Shown in pieces: positions 11,941 through 26,512 of a DNA stretch of 64,000 bases. The first letter of the stretch is position 1. The number at the start of each line of letters is the position of its first letter. The notes under the pieces were generated by a model. It was not told where the DNA came from and did no database searches. It saw only the letters and a program-made list of their open reading frames with translations. Origin of the DNA: Octopus sinensis. Taxonomy: Eukaryota. The translations under genes and the position numbers were made by a program. The stretch lies in NCBI RefSeq assembly GCF_006345805.1, contig NC_042997.1:184388001-184452000 (forward strand), written 5' to 3'.

Positions 11941-13414
11941 ATACCTTATAGACACATATATATGCATGTCACAGGAACACGAACTCCAACGTACACACGC
12001 ACAGACACGCACACACACTCATTCTTACATACACGCACCAACAGACTCGCTTGTGTGCACACAGACACACATAAACGAAACGATATCGACAGAAACGCGA
12101 ATACATATTTTATGAATCATTATATATGTCTATATATTTTCATATATGTTAATATTTACGTACATTGTATGTGTGTGTGTATGTGTATGTATATATATGT
12201 GTGTGTGTGTATGAGTCTATGCGTGTATGTGTGTGCATGTATGTATATAGACATATGCATATGTGTGTGTATGCGTATGAATATGTCTGTCTATGTGTGC
12301 ATATGTGTTTAAGAGAGAGACACAGAGAAGGATAGACAGGGAGAGAGGAGGAAGAGAGCGAGAAGAGAGAGGAGAAAGGGGGAACAGAGAGAAGGAGATG
12401 AGAGAGAGATTGTGTGTGTGTATGTGTGTGTGTGTAAACGGATGCGACACCGTACGACCTTCAAAAGTACTGTCAGATGAAGACATCAATACACGTCACT
12501 TTAAAGCTTCTTTTCTTTAAAAGGAAACTGACGAACGACACCAGTTAAGAAACCATGGGACGAGCGAATGTTTTGAGGTATAAACCTTCCTCAGGTGCAG
12601 TACCGTTCATCTCGAGGTATGACAAAGATAGCTTTGACAGCTGCTTCACTAGAATCTGACCTTGTGGAATACATGTTAGCATCTTGTAAGATAACAGTCG
12701 CTGATGGAGAACCAAAACTCTTTAAATATTACATGAAAAGCCTAATGCATAACTTTAGAAAAGAAAATACAAAAAAAATGATAGGTGGAGTGTAATTGAA
12801 AAATTCTTCAGTTTGTTTCAAATATCTAATTGAAATCTAAAATATTAATTTCTGAAAAATCTTTGCAATTTACAAACTGCTATGATTATCTCGACCTATT
12901 ATTATTAGGTTCTGGGTTCAAATATAGTCGAGGTTGATTTTCCCCTTTCACCCTTAAGGGGACAATACAATGAAAACGAATAGAGCACTGTGGTCGATGT
13001 AACCGAGTTCCTCGTCCCCTCAAAAGTTCTTGCCTAGTGACCATATGTGAAAAATTATTGTTATTATTATAATAATTTTCCGATTGAATTATTATTATTA
13101 TTATTATTGAGTGAGAGAGCAGTGATTGCCATGAAAGTGACATTGGGATAACATGCACGAAGCCCAGTGTACCCATCATGACTATCTAGATAGATAGATA
13201 AACAGCGAGAGAGAGAGAGGGGGGTGACAGGGATAAAAGGATGAGTGTGCTTGTGCGCGTGCGAGTGTGTCTAGTTTTATGACGAGTGATGCAGAGAGGT
13301 AAACCTAAGTAGGATGGAGATAGAGAGCATGAAGTGAAGAGATGGAGAGAAATATAAGATAGCAGGTAATACAGTGCGATTGATTGATAGATAGATAGAT
13401 AGATCTATCAGTCG

Positions 13415-13610
13415 CCATGATAGATCGTTAGCAACTACACGCATTTTTTTCTCTCCTTGTTTCCCCCCTTGTTTTTTCTGTGTCCCTTTCTGTAGAAGAG
13501 CGTAGGCTCGAAACATAAAATACTTTTTCTATTCCTGAGCGTTATACTAATATATCTGTTTGTTTTGTACACCACCTGCCTTCGTCTTTTTTTTTTTCGT
13601 AAACTCTCCC
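13415..13610 (+). mobile_element. Short repeat with degenerate HHR-like motif, ending at (TAGA)n
   Basis: Homologous to 52065-52232; CTTT-CTGTAGA-A-GAGC gtag GCTC-GAAAC-ATA-AAAT; both copies end at CTCTCCC directly before a microsatellite. Confidence 0.65.
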
Positions 13611-13660
13611 TAGATAGATAGATAGGTAGGTAGGTAGGTAGGTAGATAAATAAATAGATG

Positions 13661-13745
<85 letters not shown>

Positions 13746-13812
13746 GAGATAGCTAGCAAGCTAGCTAGATAGATGGATTGATAAATGGATAGAAAGAAAC
13801 AAAAACAGAGAA

Positions 13813-13872
<60 letters not shown>

Positions 13873-14064
13873 AGAATGAAGGGTAGACAGTGTGAGTAAA
13901 CATTGATATACACAAGATAATTAATAGAACGTTAAAAGAGAAATAAAGTATTTTACTGGAGAAAATATTGATTTGAAGTTTAAATAAACAAATTAGCAAA
14001 ACCAGAATTTACGAGAATCGAATAAGTTGCAAACTGAAATTTACAACGCACCAATGTACACAAT

Positions 14065-14590
14065 ACATACATACATACATACATACATACATACATACAT
14101 ACATACATACAAACATACATACATACATACAAACATACATAATACATACATAGATACATACATACATACATACATACATAATACATACATACATACATAC
14201 GTACGTACATACATACATACATACATACATACATACATACATACATACATACATACACACACATACATACATACATACATACATACATACATACATACGT
14301 ACATACATAATACATACATATACAAATTCATACATACATATACACATACATACATACATACATACATACATACACACATGCATACATACATATACACACA
14401 TACATACATACATACATACATACATACATACGTACGTACATACATACATAATACATACATACATATACAAATTCATACATACATACATATACACATACAT
14501 ACATACATGCATACATACATACATGCATACATACACACATACATGCATACATACACACATACATACATACATACATACGTACGTACATAC
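14065..14590. repeat. (TACA)n array
   Basis: Tetranucleotide array with CATAA/CAAATT variants. Confidence 0.95.
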
Positions 14591-14894
14591 ATTCAGCAGG
14601 TGGCCGGACAAAATTTATTGCAAATTAAAAAGAGAATGAAAACACACACACACACACACACACACATACATACATACACACATACACATACACACATGTG
14701 CATCTACGTATTTCTACGTCTGTGTGTGCTTGTGTATATGTTTACATGCGTGTGTGTGTGATTGTTTGTGTATTTATATGTGTATGTGCTTATGTAATGT
14801 TATTGGAATGGTCTCACATTTTGCTTGCAAATTTAAACGAACGAAAGAAGCGAAAATCAGATCAGTTGATGTGGCGGAAACGTTTTGAGCAAGC

Positions 14895-15098
14895 AGCCTC
14901 GTTAGAACGTCGGGCAAAATAATTAGCGGCATTTTTTCTGACTCATTACGTTCTGTTTTGAAATTCTGCCGATGTTGACTTTGCTATTCATCCTCCCGGT
15001 ATAGATGAAATAAGTACCAGTCATGTACTAGGGCCGACGTAATCAACTTGCCTGCTCGCCCCGGCCCCAAATTTCCAGCCTTGTGCCAATAATAGGAA
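14895..15098 (+). mobile_element. Old Meta-domain-type SINE
   Basis: Degenerate GTTGACTTTGCTATTCATCC...ATAAGTACCAG...GCCTTGTGCC. Confidence 0.7.
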
Positions 15099-15223
15099 GA
15101 ATAATTTTTATCAATGGTACACTGCCAGTAAACAAAGAATGCGAGTGCGCGTTTGTAATTTTGTGCATTTCTATGTGTGTGTGTGTGTGAGTGTGTAAGC
15201 TTGTATATTCCTATGCGTAGATG

Positions 15224-15259
<36 letters not shown>

Positions 15260-15375
15260 ATATGTATATACGAGTATGTAGACGAATATGTATGTATGTA
15301 TGTATGTATGTAAGTATGTATGTATGTATGTATGTATGTATGTATATATATATATTAATACATACATACATACTA

Positions 15376-15434
<59 letters not shown>

Positions 15435-15455
15435 CATATAATATATATATATATA

Positions 15456-15504
<49 letters not shown>

Positions 15505-15550
15505 TATAATATATATATATATATTATATATATATATATATATATAATAT

Positions 15551-15589
<39 letters not shown>

Positions 15590-15770
15590 CCAGAAGACCC
15601 AAAAGGCAGGTAAGGCTATGTAAGTGCTACGGAAGGATTGCTGTTAAACTCCCGGTTCAATAATAGCATGAGTGAGGAGTCTAATGCGGGTCTTTTGTTA
15701 GCGTGTATATGTTAAATAAAATGAAACAAAGCCAAGGCAGTGTGAAAATTCGAGGTTCCTTCTTATTAAA
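15590..15770 (-). mobile_element. (TA)n-abutting repeat (family F), partial
   Basis: Aligns by eye with 38400-38560 and starts immediately after (TA)n. Confidence 0.65.
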
Positions 15771-17886
15771 GATAAGCTGAACATTAAGGAGTGTTCGTTA
15801 ATTTCAATTTATATACCTTTAACATTCTGAGACGATCCCACAATAGCCCGAAACTTAAAATACTTCACACTTCACGCTAGCTGAATCTAATGAGAGCTCT
15901 TCAAGAACTTTCCTATGGTATAACTCTTGTCGGTACAAACGATCATCAGTTTCTCACAGAGCGTTAGAAAGATCGTTAATTTTGTCAATAGTCCTTCCAG
16001 CTATTTTGTCGAAGACATACATATTGTATCAGGTGTTTATTTTTACAAATACGAATATACAGTAAAAGAAACAAGGAGAACTTGAAACATTTCTTCCTAC
16101 CTTCTCAGAATGTTATCCCCAATATTGCGTCCAACTAAACCTCCACGCAAGAAAAGGAAGAAAACCAAATGGAATGTTAATTCTATTAAGCATCATGGAG
16201 CAGACGAATGAATTAATTCCCTGTAAGAATAAGCATGCGTTACAGCAATGTTAGAAATATAATATTCTTGCAGATGAATGTCGAAGTGTATAATTAGATT
16301 GTATTGAATGGATTTATATTCCATTGATTACTCTTAATTATTATTAAAGTCCCAAGTCATGGCTCACAATCTTGTTAAGAAGTCTATAATTCCGTCATTT
16401 GCGTCTCAAAACCCACCACCCAATAACTCGCATTCCCATTTAAATTCACTTTGAATTTTGAATCTTTCTCAAATCCATAATTCAGATTTATTCAAAGTCC
16501 AAACTCAAAGATCATTTATCGTTCATCATTCCTATTTTGTATCTGTATTTCCATAATTCATACCTCAAACGTCTTAACTCAGAGGCCCAAATTTCACCAG
16601 CCATTCTCATATTCTGGATCAAACCTTCAAAATTAAACCTCATTAGAATTACAAGATCAAAACAATGAAGATTATTATTTTTTCAATTTAGATTACATTA
16701 TACCTACATTTTAAAGATTCTCCAGCAAGCGTACACTTATTCAAATATTATCAAAATAATGAGAACTGCATCTGTGTAATCCAATACATTTGCAGAAGGA
16801 CTAAAATGTGCTCAAAATTCAAAATTCAAAATATGACTGAACATATATGGTACGCAAAAGAAAGAGGCATACTGCTATGGAATGAATTTGTCATAATAGA
16901 TTTTAAAAAATTCGAAAATATGATGGTATATAAGCACTTAAATATTACTGACGCATTAATGAAAGCACTGACAGTTCAAAAGTTGATAAGAACTTTACTA
17001 TTATTTGTTTAGAAATAAAGGTTCCTACTTGGAAACCAGTCTGGGAAAATGTACGATATACGCGAATTAAAGCATCTGGTAAAGAACAGCTCTAATATTT
17101 CTTTTAAATTAAAAGTTATCTAATAGACCACTTTCCAGATGCTATCATTCAACATTTACAGACATACAAGATTTTTTTTTACAAAACATTACTTCTTCGC
17201 AAATAAATTGGAGAAAATACAAAAAATTCTTTTTTATTCTTATTTTATTTTTCGCATCTTCTACCAATTTGTGTATTCACATATGTCTCTATTTCTATCA
17301 CTCATCCTCTCTCTCTCTTTTCCCCTCTCTCTCGCTTTCTTTCTGTCTCTCTCTCTCTCTCTCTCTCTCACTTCTAGGGCTGGAAGTCAAAATGCTACAC
17401 ATGCAGAACAAACTACCGTAGTGGTTTCTAGTTTCTAACGCACAAGAGAAGGTATGTTGGGCAAGAGCCCGCCACCGGATTCTAACATCTCCGTCGTATT
17501 CACACCAAAATTTACGGTAGCAGGAATAATAGCAATGGAATTCAGATATAAAGTAGGAACTACAACAACTACAGTAACCACTCACGATGATGTCCATGGG
17601 GAAATACCCCCCACAAAAAAAAACAGATACGCAAGACAAAATTTAATCAGACACAGATATAACCGTGAAACCTTCTAACTCCTTAATTGAAGAAAATGAT
17701 GATGGTAACAACGAAGGGTCAGAAAAATAACAAAATAGAAAAAGGAAAGAGAGAACGAAAAAGTTGAACAGGAGCGGGATAAAAGAATGCATACCTCCAA
17801 GAGCCATGCATTTGGGAGACCGAAGTGTCACTAAAATAAAACACTAAAATAAAACAAAAGACACTTCAAAATGAGCAGCACCAGCA

Positions 17887-18218
17887 GTGGAGGCGCAATG
17901 GCCCAATGGTTAGGGCAGCGGACTCGCGGTCGGAGGATCGCGGTTTCGATTCCCAGACCGGGCGTTGTGTGTGTTTATTGAGCGAAAACACCTAAAGCTC
18001 CACGGTGGCGACCCCTGTTGTACTCTTTCGCTCCAACTTTCTCTCACTTTTTCTTCCTGTTTCTTGCCTCCGACTACGCAACCGCTGAGCCTGGATGCAC
18101 ATTCATCCATCCGTCGATGCTCTCGGTGTCGGAGGCTGGCCTGCTTTCTCTTCTGCGGGTCTTACGAATAGCAAAGGACCACGTTTCAGACTTCTGGACG
18201 AAGACCGCTTCGCTCAAC
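17887..18218 (+). mobile_element. Family B SINE with structured alternative tail and 13-bp TSD
   Basis: Family B head; AGCAGCACCAGCA at 17874-17886 and 18219-18231. Confidence 0.85.
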
Positions 18219-18539
18219 AGCAGCACCAGCAACATACATAATAACAATCGGAACAAATGGTGTAACAACTGTTGAGAAATGACATCGGTATTCTGCTAAA
18301 AACTCATGACATTTGATATTTATGGGTGAAGATCATTTCGGAAGATCCTAGGGGAACAGTTCTAATGTCCCAGATTACTAACAGTTAAAACAAGCACGGT
18401 AGATTTTCTAATCTTTTCGCCTTTCACAAGTCAAATTGGGAGTGGAATACATAAAGAGACATTCTCTGGTGTGGACACTGAAGGAGAGACATCTGCTGAA
18501 CAATGTAAGGGAACTAAATTTAAATGTGATAGCCATCAT

Positions 18540-19103
18540 TGAGACATAAATTCCTGAGACTCTATGATGTACGCCTCTTTCGGCCGGCCCAAAAGGAGTG
18601 GTGTGACAATGTCGGTGTAGAAAGGCATGAACCTCGAGATATGAATGGTCTTCCTTGATCTGGATGGTAGCACCAGAAGGTGTAGTAGAACTTTCATACA
18701 GGTGGCCGTTTATAGCTTGAAAGAAGCTGGTGGACTCGATTTCTTCAGTAGTCAAAAGATTTTAATTAGCTCATTTGTGCTAGTGAGCTATTGAAATGGC
18801 ATTTTAAATATATGGAGAGCTCGTTCAGCAGTAGCCAATAAGGAAAGGGTGTGTAAAACTTTCGTAAATCCCTTTAAGTATTTCCAACGGCCTGACAGGT
18901 AACGATTAGATTTCTCAAACACATTTCTCATCCTACTTAGACAAAGGTGTTAATAGGTTAACCAATAGGGATAATGTGAATTGCTCAGAATTTTAGCTAT
19001 TTTCGCGACCACAGATTCATGTCTTGCATAGTCAATTTAAACAAGATTGATATGCAGGGTCCTTATTAATGGGATCTGATGCATCTTTCCCAGGCACCAA
19101 ACA
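18540..19103 (-). pseudogene. Possible highly decayed L1/Tx1-type reverse transcriptase remnant
   Basis: Stop- and frameshift-riddled translations give LVPGKD.S.P...CLN.DY, SLLATAERA and LY...P..ATIQI...ERGV, in the order expected for RT motifs. Confidence 0.4.
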
Positions 19104-19339
19104 GTTTTAGTAATCAGATTAGCGAATTCGTTAAGCGGGGATTGATGGGTGCCATTATTAATTTCAAGTGGTGGGTTTCATTAAAGAGGAAAATTTGAGC
19201 ATAACCTTTAATTATAAGAGGAAGTTGTAATACAGGAAAGTAAATTTGAAAAGGAGCTACTCAATGAGAAGTGATAAACAAGACAGTCATCGCTTACGAC
19301 GTGCTTGTAGCAAGAACCATCCTTGACTCTTTCCTCAGA

Positions 19340-19680
19340 TTGAAACACAAAGGATGCGTTGTTCATGCTTGTAATGCAGTATTCTGTAGGTGTTCTATTC
19401 GAGTGTCGATCCTTATCTTTTCCATCCATTATTTTTTTATCTTCAATTACGACTGGTACAGTTCTAACAATTTTTGTTATGTTTCACTCCTTTGCAAATT
19501 CTCTACTCAGATCTTGGTTTTTCTTAATATTTCCCGGTCCCTTTTCATAGACTATGGTCACCTGGAGAGGCTATATTAGTTATTGTACAGTGTATTTCCT
19601 TTTTTTGTTGTTGACGGTAATAATATTTGGTCTTCTTGATTCCATCACCTGATCGCATTTAATACTGAAATCCTGCAACA
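19340..19680 (-). pseudogene. R4/Dong-clade non-LTR retrotransposon RLE endonuclease remnant
   Basis: LQDFSIKCDQVMESRRPNII...TITNIASPGD...IRIDTRIEHLQNTAL matches the WDF.IQ.D...ARRPD...IDIA.PGD...LQK.ALL pattern. Confidence 0.7.
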
Positions 19681-19944
19681 GTTTAACTTTATTTCCTCCC
19701 AGCGCATTAAGTTAATGTTCGTGTCACCTACCAGAACTGTGTAAATTGTATTTTTCACATAATTTCCCATGAAAAACGCGCGCAGTATTAGCATGAATCC
19801 TTTTGTATTATCTATGTAACCTTACTGTATTCGCTTACTATGTTGTTAAGGCTATAACATATTTTACGACAAAGTCTACATAATGGTGAGTTAACGTTCT
19901 TAACGATGAAACAATATTTGTTCTAAGAGCATGATCAGAGTGTC

Positions 19945-20105
19945 AGATAAAACGCTTAACTGCATTGAGTTCAAATTCCGCTGAGGTCGACTTTGCCTTT
20001 TATCCTATCGGGGTCGATAAAATAAGTACCAGTTGAGCTGTGGGGTCGATGTAATCAACTCACTCCCTCTCCGAAACTGTTGGCCTTGTGCCAAAAATTG
20101 AAGCA
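19945..20105 (+). mobile_element. Meta-domain-type SINE, older copy
   Basis: GAGTTCAAATTCCGCTGAGGTCGACTTTGCC...GGCCTTGTGCCAAAA followed by (ATT)n. Confidence 0.8.
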
Positions 20106-20146
20106 TTATTATTATTATTATTTTATTATTGTTGTTGTTGTTGTTG

Positions 20147-20213
<67 letters not shown>

Positions 20214-20357
20214 TGTAGCCCATCTTTTATATGAATACAAAACAATGTACATGATAACACTTCCAATCAGTTAAGATAAGAAGCCATGAGAGCCACTGTC
20301 TGGTACTGCATCAGGGCATTAATTATTATTATTATTATTATTATTATTTTTTTTTTG

Positions 20358-20569
20358 TACTTGTTTCAGTCATTTGACTGCGGCCATGCTGGAGCACCGC
20401 CTTTAGAGTGGTGAAAGAGTACAGCAGGGATCACCACCATCCCCTGCCGGAGCCTCGTGGAGCTTTTAGGTGTTTTCGCTCAATAAACACACACAACGCC
20501 CGGTCTGGGAATCGAAACCGCGATCCTCCGACCGCAAGTCCGCTGCCCTAACCACTGGGCCATTGCGCC

Positions 20570-20570
<1 letters not shown>
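20358..20570 (-). mobile_element. Chimeric SINE: family B head joined to family A tail
   Basis: B head and body to CTCTTTCACCACTCT, then AAAGGCGGTGCTCCAGCATGGCCGCAGTCAAATGACTGAAACAAGTA and an A-run. Confidence 0.8.
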
Positions 20571-20627
<57 letters not shown>

Positions 20628-21139
20628 CATCATCATCATTTTGGTCAGTGGAAAGCAGTATCGTTAGGGCACCGGTCAGAATGCATTATGGTATTTCTTT
20701 CGGTTCTTTATGCTTTGAGTTCACACCCCGCCAAATTTTACTTTGATATTCAACCGTTTTCAGTCGATAAAATGGAGTGACACTCAAAATACTAGGGTCC
20801 TAAAAATCGACAAACTATCCTCCTCAGAATTATTGAACTCGTATCTATTATATAAATAATGGTTTTTGATTTAGACACAAGGCCAGCAATTTTAAATCGG
20901 AGGCGGTTAGTTGATACTATCACCGCCACTAATTGACGGAAACTTAACTTTTGTCGATCTCGGAAGGATGAAAGACAAAATTTGATCCTGGATGAATAAA
21001 AAGCAAAATTTTGCCTCGGACCGTAAAGTGGCTGAAGAAATACTACTGGAAATTTTTTCTGAAATATTGTAGAGAAACGTCATGACATGTTTGTTGATTC
21101 TAATGAATCTCCCAGCTCGCTGGCTTTTAATTTGGAGAG

Positions 21140-21360
21140 ATTCCTTACTACTGTAGGCACAAGGCCTGGAATTTTGGGTAAGGGGTTAGTCATTTAAATC
21201 GACACCAGTGCATAACTGATACGTATTTTATCGACTCTAGAAAGGATGAAAGACAAAGTCAACCTCAGCGGAATTTGAATTCAAGACGTGAAAAAAGAAA
21301 GAAAAATGCTGCCAAGTGTTTGTTCTAGCGTTACTACCAATTCTGCCGCTCGGTGCCTTT
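21140..21360 (-). mobile_element. Meta-domain-type SINE, diverged
   Basis: Reverse of GAATTCAAATTCCGCTGAGGTTGACTTTGTCTTTCATCC... Confidence 0.75.
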
Positions 21361-21459
21361 AATTGTGAAATGATAATAATTGCAAATATCATCGTTGATT
21401 AGGAAAGAAATTCAGAGGAATAGTAGAACGTTGGCCAATATATCTTGTGATACATTTAA

Positions 21460-21670
21460 GACGGCGAGCTGGCAGAACAGTTAGTACGTATGGAGAAATG
21501 CTTAGCGGCGTTCTACTTTACGTTCTGAGCTCATACTACGCCAGAGTCAGCTTTGCCTTTCATCCTTTTGGGATTGATAAAATAAATACCAGTTGATCAC
21601 TGGAATCGATTTAATCAACTTAGCCCCTTTCCCAAACCTGTTGGCCTTGTGCCAAAATTTGAAACCAATC
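21460..21670 (+). mobile_element. Meta-domain-type SINE, diverged
   Basis: GACGGCGAGCTGGCAGAA...CTTTGCCTTTCATCC...GGCCTTGTGCCAAAATTTGAAAC. Confidence 0.8.
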
Positions 21671-22616
21671 AGTAACGTCCCTTGAAATTCTGAGTTCCAC
21701 TTCCTTTAAGATTGATTCTGGTTTGCCTCAAAACATTCCACGGTAGAAAAAATAAAACCTGTCAATATGATTGCGTTTCGCTAAGAAGGTTCAATAAGAC
21801 CGAAAGATATTGTAGTGCATATCAATGATCACATTCCCCCTTGTTTAATTTTTAAGCAATTTAAAAATCAGAATTTTTATCTTGGCTTTTTTCATAAGCA
21901 TTAACATTAACACTAATGGTTTTATTTTCACTTCAATTGTACACTTGAGCGATTAAAATTTTTTTTCTTGGCTGACTACATTAAATATTTTACTTCTCAG
22001 TGGATGCATAAGTGAGTATTACATTGAAAATAAGATGTTTCTCATTCCATTAGTGAACGTGGCGTTGACCGGGAGGAATTGATGTCATCAAATGGTGTCC
22101 AACAATATATTGAGTGTTTCGACTTTGAATTGTAATACATTGGTAGATTGGCAGTAATGGCGAAATCATTCTTCGTCATGTCCTCCTGACTTCCCGTTTA
22201 ACACAACTCCCACTCGTTCTAAATTCCAGCAAGAAGTTCTTTCTGCTGCTGTCATCCTACGCACATACAACTTTCTCTCTTTTCCCAATATTCCCTAATT
22301 TCTTTGTATTAGGCCCAAGTTTGAAATCATTAGCGTTCAATAAAAGAAATTCTTGTTATTGGTTGTAGTAAGGGAATTGAAAGAAAGAGTAAAGTGACAG
22401 CGTAGATGCAGTAAAACTTTGTCATTCAACATGAAAGAATCCAATATTTAGAGTTGTGTGAAATAAAAATGTTGATTTAAATGTGATTCCCTTCTTGTCG
22501 ATAAATTTGTTTTAACTTGAATCCTCTCTTTTTTCTGTTTGTTTCTCTTCACCATCTTGCTTCCATTTGAATCTGTTTCTAAGCTACAAACCTCCATGGC
22601 GTTACCGTTACTGCTC

Positions 22617-22667
<51 letters not shown>

Positions 22668-22718
22668 TTTCTTTCGCTGATTTGCTGTTCATTATCTTGT
22701 TCTTTAGTTATTCGTTTT

Positions 22719-22759
<41 letters not shown>

Positions 22760-22760
22760 A

Positions 22761-22797
<37 letters not shown>

Positions 22798-22836
22798 GTC
22801 TGTTTATGTATGCATGCCTGTCTGTCTATGTGTGTG

Positions 22837-22919
<83 letters not shown>

Positions 22920-23571
22920 TCCTTCCTTCAAACGGGAAGGAAGAGCTATTTTTATCATACTTGTGGCTATGGCGAAAGAATGTATCTGGTGGACGCGCCG
23001 CGCTGAAAGGATTAGAGACAAACACTTTCCTCTCTGGTCAATCTCTCATCAAACTTCTCAAGTCACTTGAAGAGGAAAGTGAGAGTAGAGAGGCAAGTTT
23101 TGTCTAGTGAATGTTTTAAAAAAAGTGGGTGAATGTAGCAAGGATGGCACGTATGAATGACGAAGCCACCTTGATATGATTCTATGAACCATAAAAATTA
23201 ATACAGAGAGTTGCTTATTTGCAAAAAAAAAAAAAAGAAATATAACATGTGACTTCATTGACCGAGGTTACCGTGGTCTTTTCCGTAGGCTTTTCTTTCC
23301 ACGGGTAAACTCCTCACCTGTCCTCCCCTTTACACTTCATATTGACATTTCTGTGATAACGATCCCTATTATTCATTTTTTTTCTCCCCCCCTTTTTTTA
23401 AAAACCCCTCCCCTTTTTTTGTCCTTTTTCTTTCCTTTTACGATCCCTTTTGATCGAAACCACCACTCTCCTTTTTTTTACCCCCAAAAGAAAAGCTCTA
23501 CCTTGTAATTTGTTCTATCTGTGTGCAGCCCTGTGTGCTAAAAGAAACATATATATCTATCCTATCTATCC

Positions 23572-23619
<48 letters not shown>

Positions 23620-23644
23620 GTCTATCTATCTATCTATCTATCTA

Positions 23645-23773
<129 letters not shown>

Positions 23774-24934
23774 TCTAGTACACCGATACTCTGTATCATT
23801 TTCTCCCCCTCTCTCCCCCAAATACAAGCGCGCGCGTGTTGCGTACGTATTTTTCTGTGTGCATAACTGTTAATCTCTCATTGCTTTTTCAAATACATTA
23901 ACTTTACTCTGGTTTGTCTTGCTTATATTTGTTTTGTTCTAATAACCACATTAGTGAACTATTAATTGTAAACACCGCTCAGAAATTATCAACAAAATTT
24001 GTACAACCATTTTGTTTGTATTTTTCGTTTTATTTTTTCTTTCTCATGAGGGTGGTATTACATAGCAATTCAATAACAATAACAAGAACTGCAACGATAA
24101 TCATAATAATCGTCTTTTAGAGATCCTAGTGTGCTATGCCTGCAGGCAAAGGGAAAGGATTAACAGGAAATTTCTTCAATAAAACTTGAAAACATTAGAT
24201 TAGCCTTTACCTTGCTACGGATTTAATATAAAACATGGCTGCCATGATTTTCAAACATGGGTGATGTGTTCATTTAGAAAGCAATATGCAATAGTAATGA
24301 ATAAATATAATTAAAAAAATCTAAGAAATAAATAATTTAGCAAAAAAAATCCAATCAACTTTTCGATTTGAAGTTTCAAAAATTTATTCATCAATTCACA
24401 TAAGATTTGCTTCTAGCATAAAAATAAAATATTAAACCATGAATCTAAATATATAAATAAAAGTAAAATTGGAGAGAAAAACAAGGGAAGAAACTCCTTC
24501 ACGTTCTACCTGTTTCATTCACTCTCGTTCTCTCTGTCACCATCTCAATTTCTCCCTCTCTCTCTCTCTCTCTTTCTCGCTCTCTTGCTCTCTCCTGTTT
24601 ACTATAAATTAACTATTTTCTCCAGTTTATTTCAGTTTTCCATCGAACATTTTTTAAAGATATTTATAACGTGTAAATGTGATATCCATAATTAGTAGGA
24701 GGTTTCTTTTCTTCTCCTTTTTACATATCTTTTGTTTAGCTTTGATCTCTTCTGCCGAAAAATATAATATAAAATAAGATAAAAATCGTTTTTCACCGCA
24801 ACTCAATTATTAATACATCATATAACACAGTTTGAAAAGTAAAGATCATATAATCGAAAATCAAGACATCACATTAAATTTACACACCATCTCATCTGCC
24901 TCATTTATATACAGCACATTAGCAATATGATTGT

Positions 24935-24973
<39 letters not shown>

Positions 24974-25091
24974 ATCTATCTATCTATCTATCTCAATCGC
25001 TCCACTGAGGACACATGTATGTTTCCATATTTCAAGCGTAAACACGCATGCATGATAAACAATTCATGTAGGTATGTAGTATATATCTATA

Positions 25092-25128
<37 letters not shown>

Positions 25129-26395
25129 ATATATATATATGCGTGTGGTTTATACTGTACATACATGCATACATACATATATATGGTATATATGCATATA
25201 TATTTACACATTTGCATACATTCATTCATATACACACGAACACACACATCAACATATATGTATATATAAATATGCATAATTATATATATATATATGTATG
25301 TATGTATGTTTATATATTTATGTCTGTATATGCACATACACATAAATGCATGTAACCGTACGGATTTGTATAAACGTATATTGATACGAACATATTGCAA
25401 ACGTAAATATGCATATGTGGTAGACGAATATGTATAAAATATGTAATACATGCATATATTATTAATGCACATACCTATGTATTCATACGCATACAAACAT
25501 ACATATGTTTCTATACATTAATGCATAGACATACATGCATACATGCATATGCATACTCTCACACGTACAGACAGATTTTAACACTCACATACATCGCACA
25601 ACACATAGGTATCACACCTACTTATACATATATAAATACAAACACAAGCACATATAATTACATATATATACCAACACGCATACGTTTTCATATATACGCG
25701 TGCGCAAACATACGTATACACTATTTTAGGGGAAGAAAGACAGAGATAACTATCCAATTATAGATTCTGCTTGCGCACTCGTATTCATGTTTTGAGAGAT
25801 AAACTGTCAATGATAAAACTGGGAAGAAGATGGATGGAAAAAATGTTATATCAGCGATAGGTAAAAGTATTAATAGAAAAATATCGAGAAAGCGGTAATA
25901 ACTATTACAGAAGCACAAACATACATTTCTGGGAGAAGTAAACATCAGAGATGCCTTATCCCAAGGAGAAATTATTGGAGCTACTTGAAGCTGTCGTAAA
26001 GATTTCCTCTTGATAGCGATCAAAGATATGACGTTGTTGGAAATCATTCCCTATCTTTAGCTTGTATACCAGGTCAGAAGCGTTTATGTACCTTTGCCCG
26101 TACGCTTTGTCCCTAGCAATCTATTCACGTGAGGAGAATTAGTAGAAAGCCAACCGGACGAAAACAGCATTTGTTTAGAGACTAGAAAAGCAGAAATATT
26201 GCGTTGGTCCTAGAAATTAATCGAGAGGGTTAGCGAGCGTGGAGTAAAACTACTTTGGGAGCGATAGAGACCTTGCTCTTATACCAACATATGCTAAAAG
26301 GAGTAGGCTATTGTTACTATTACACAAACCTCAATAAGTTTGACCCACCGGGAGGAAAGGTGTCATATCTGAAAAGTATGCAGATCCGTGAACGC

Positions 26396-26437
<42 letters not shown>

Positions 26438-26447
26438 TTATAATATA

Positions 26448-26512
<65 letters not shown>

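Noticed and set aside
12595-12795. 66-aa non-repetitive ORF as a host exon
   Set aside because: No recognisable domain, splice context or neighbouring exons.
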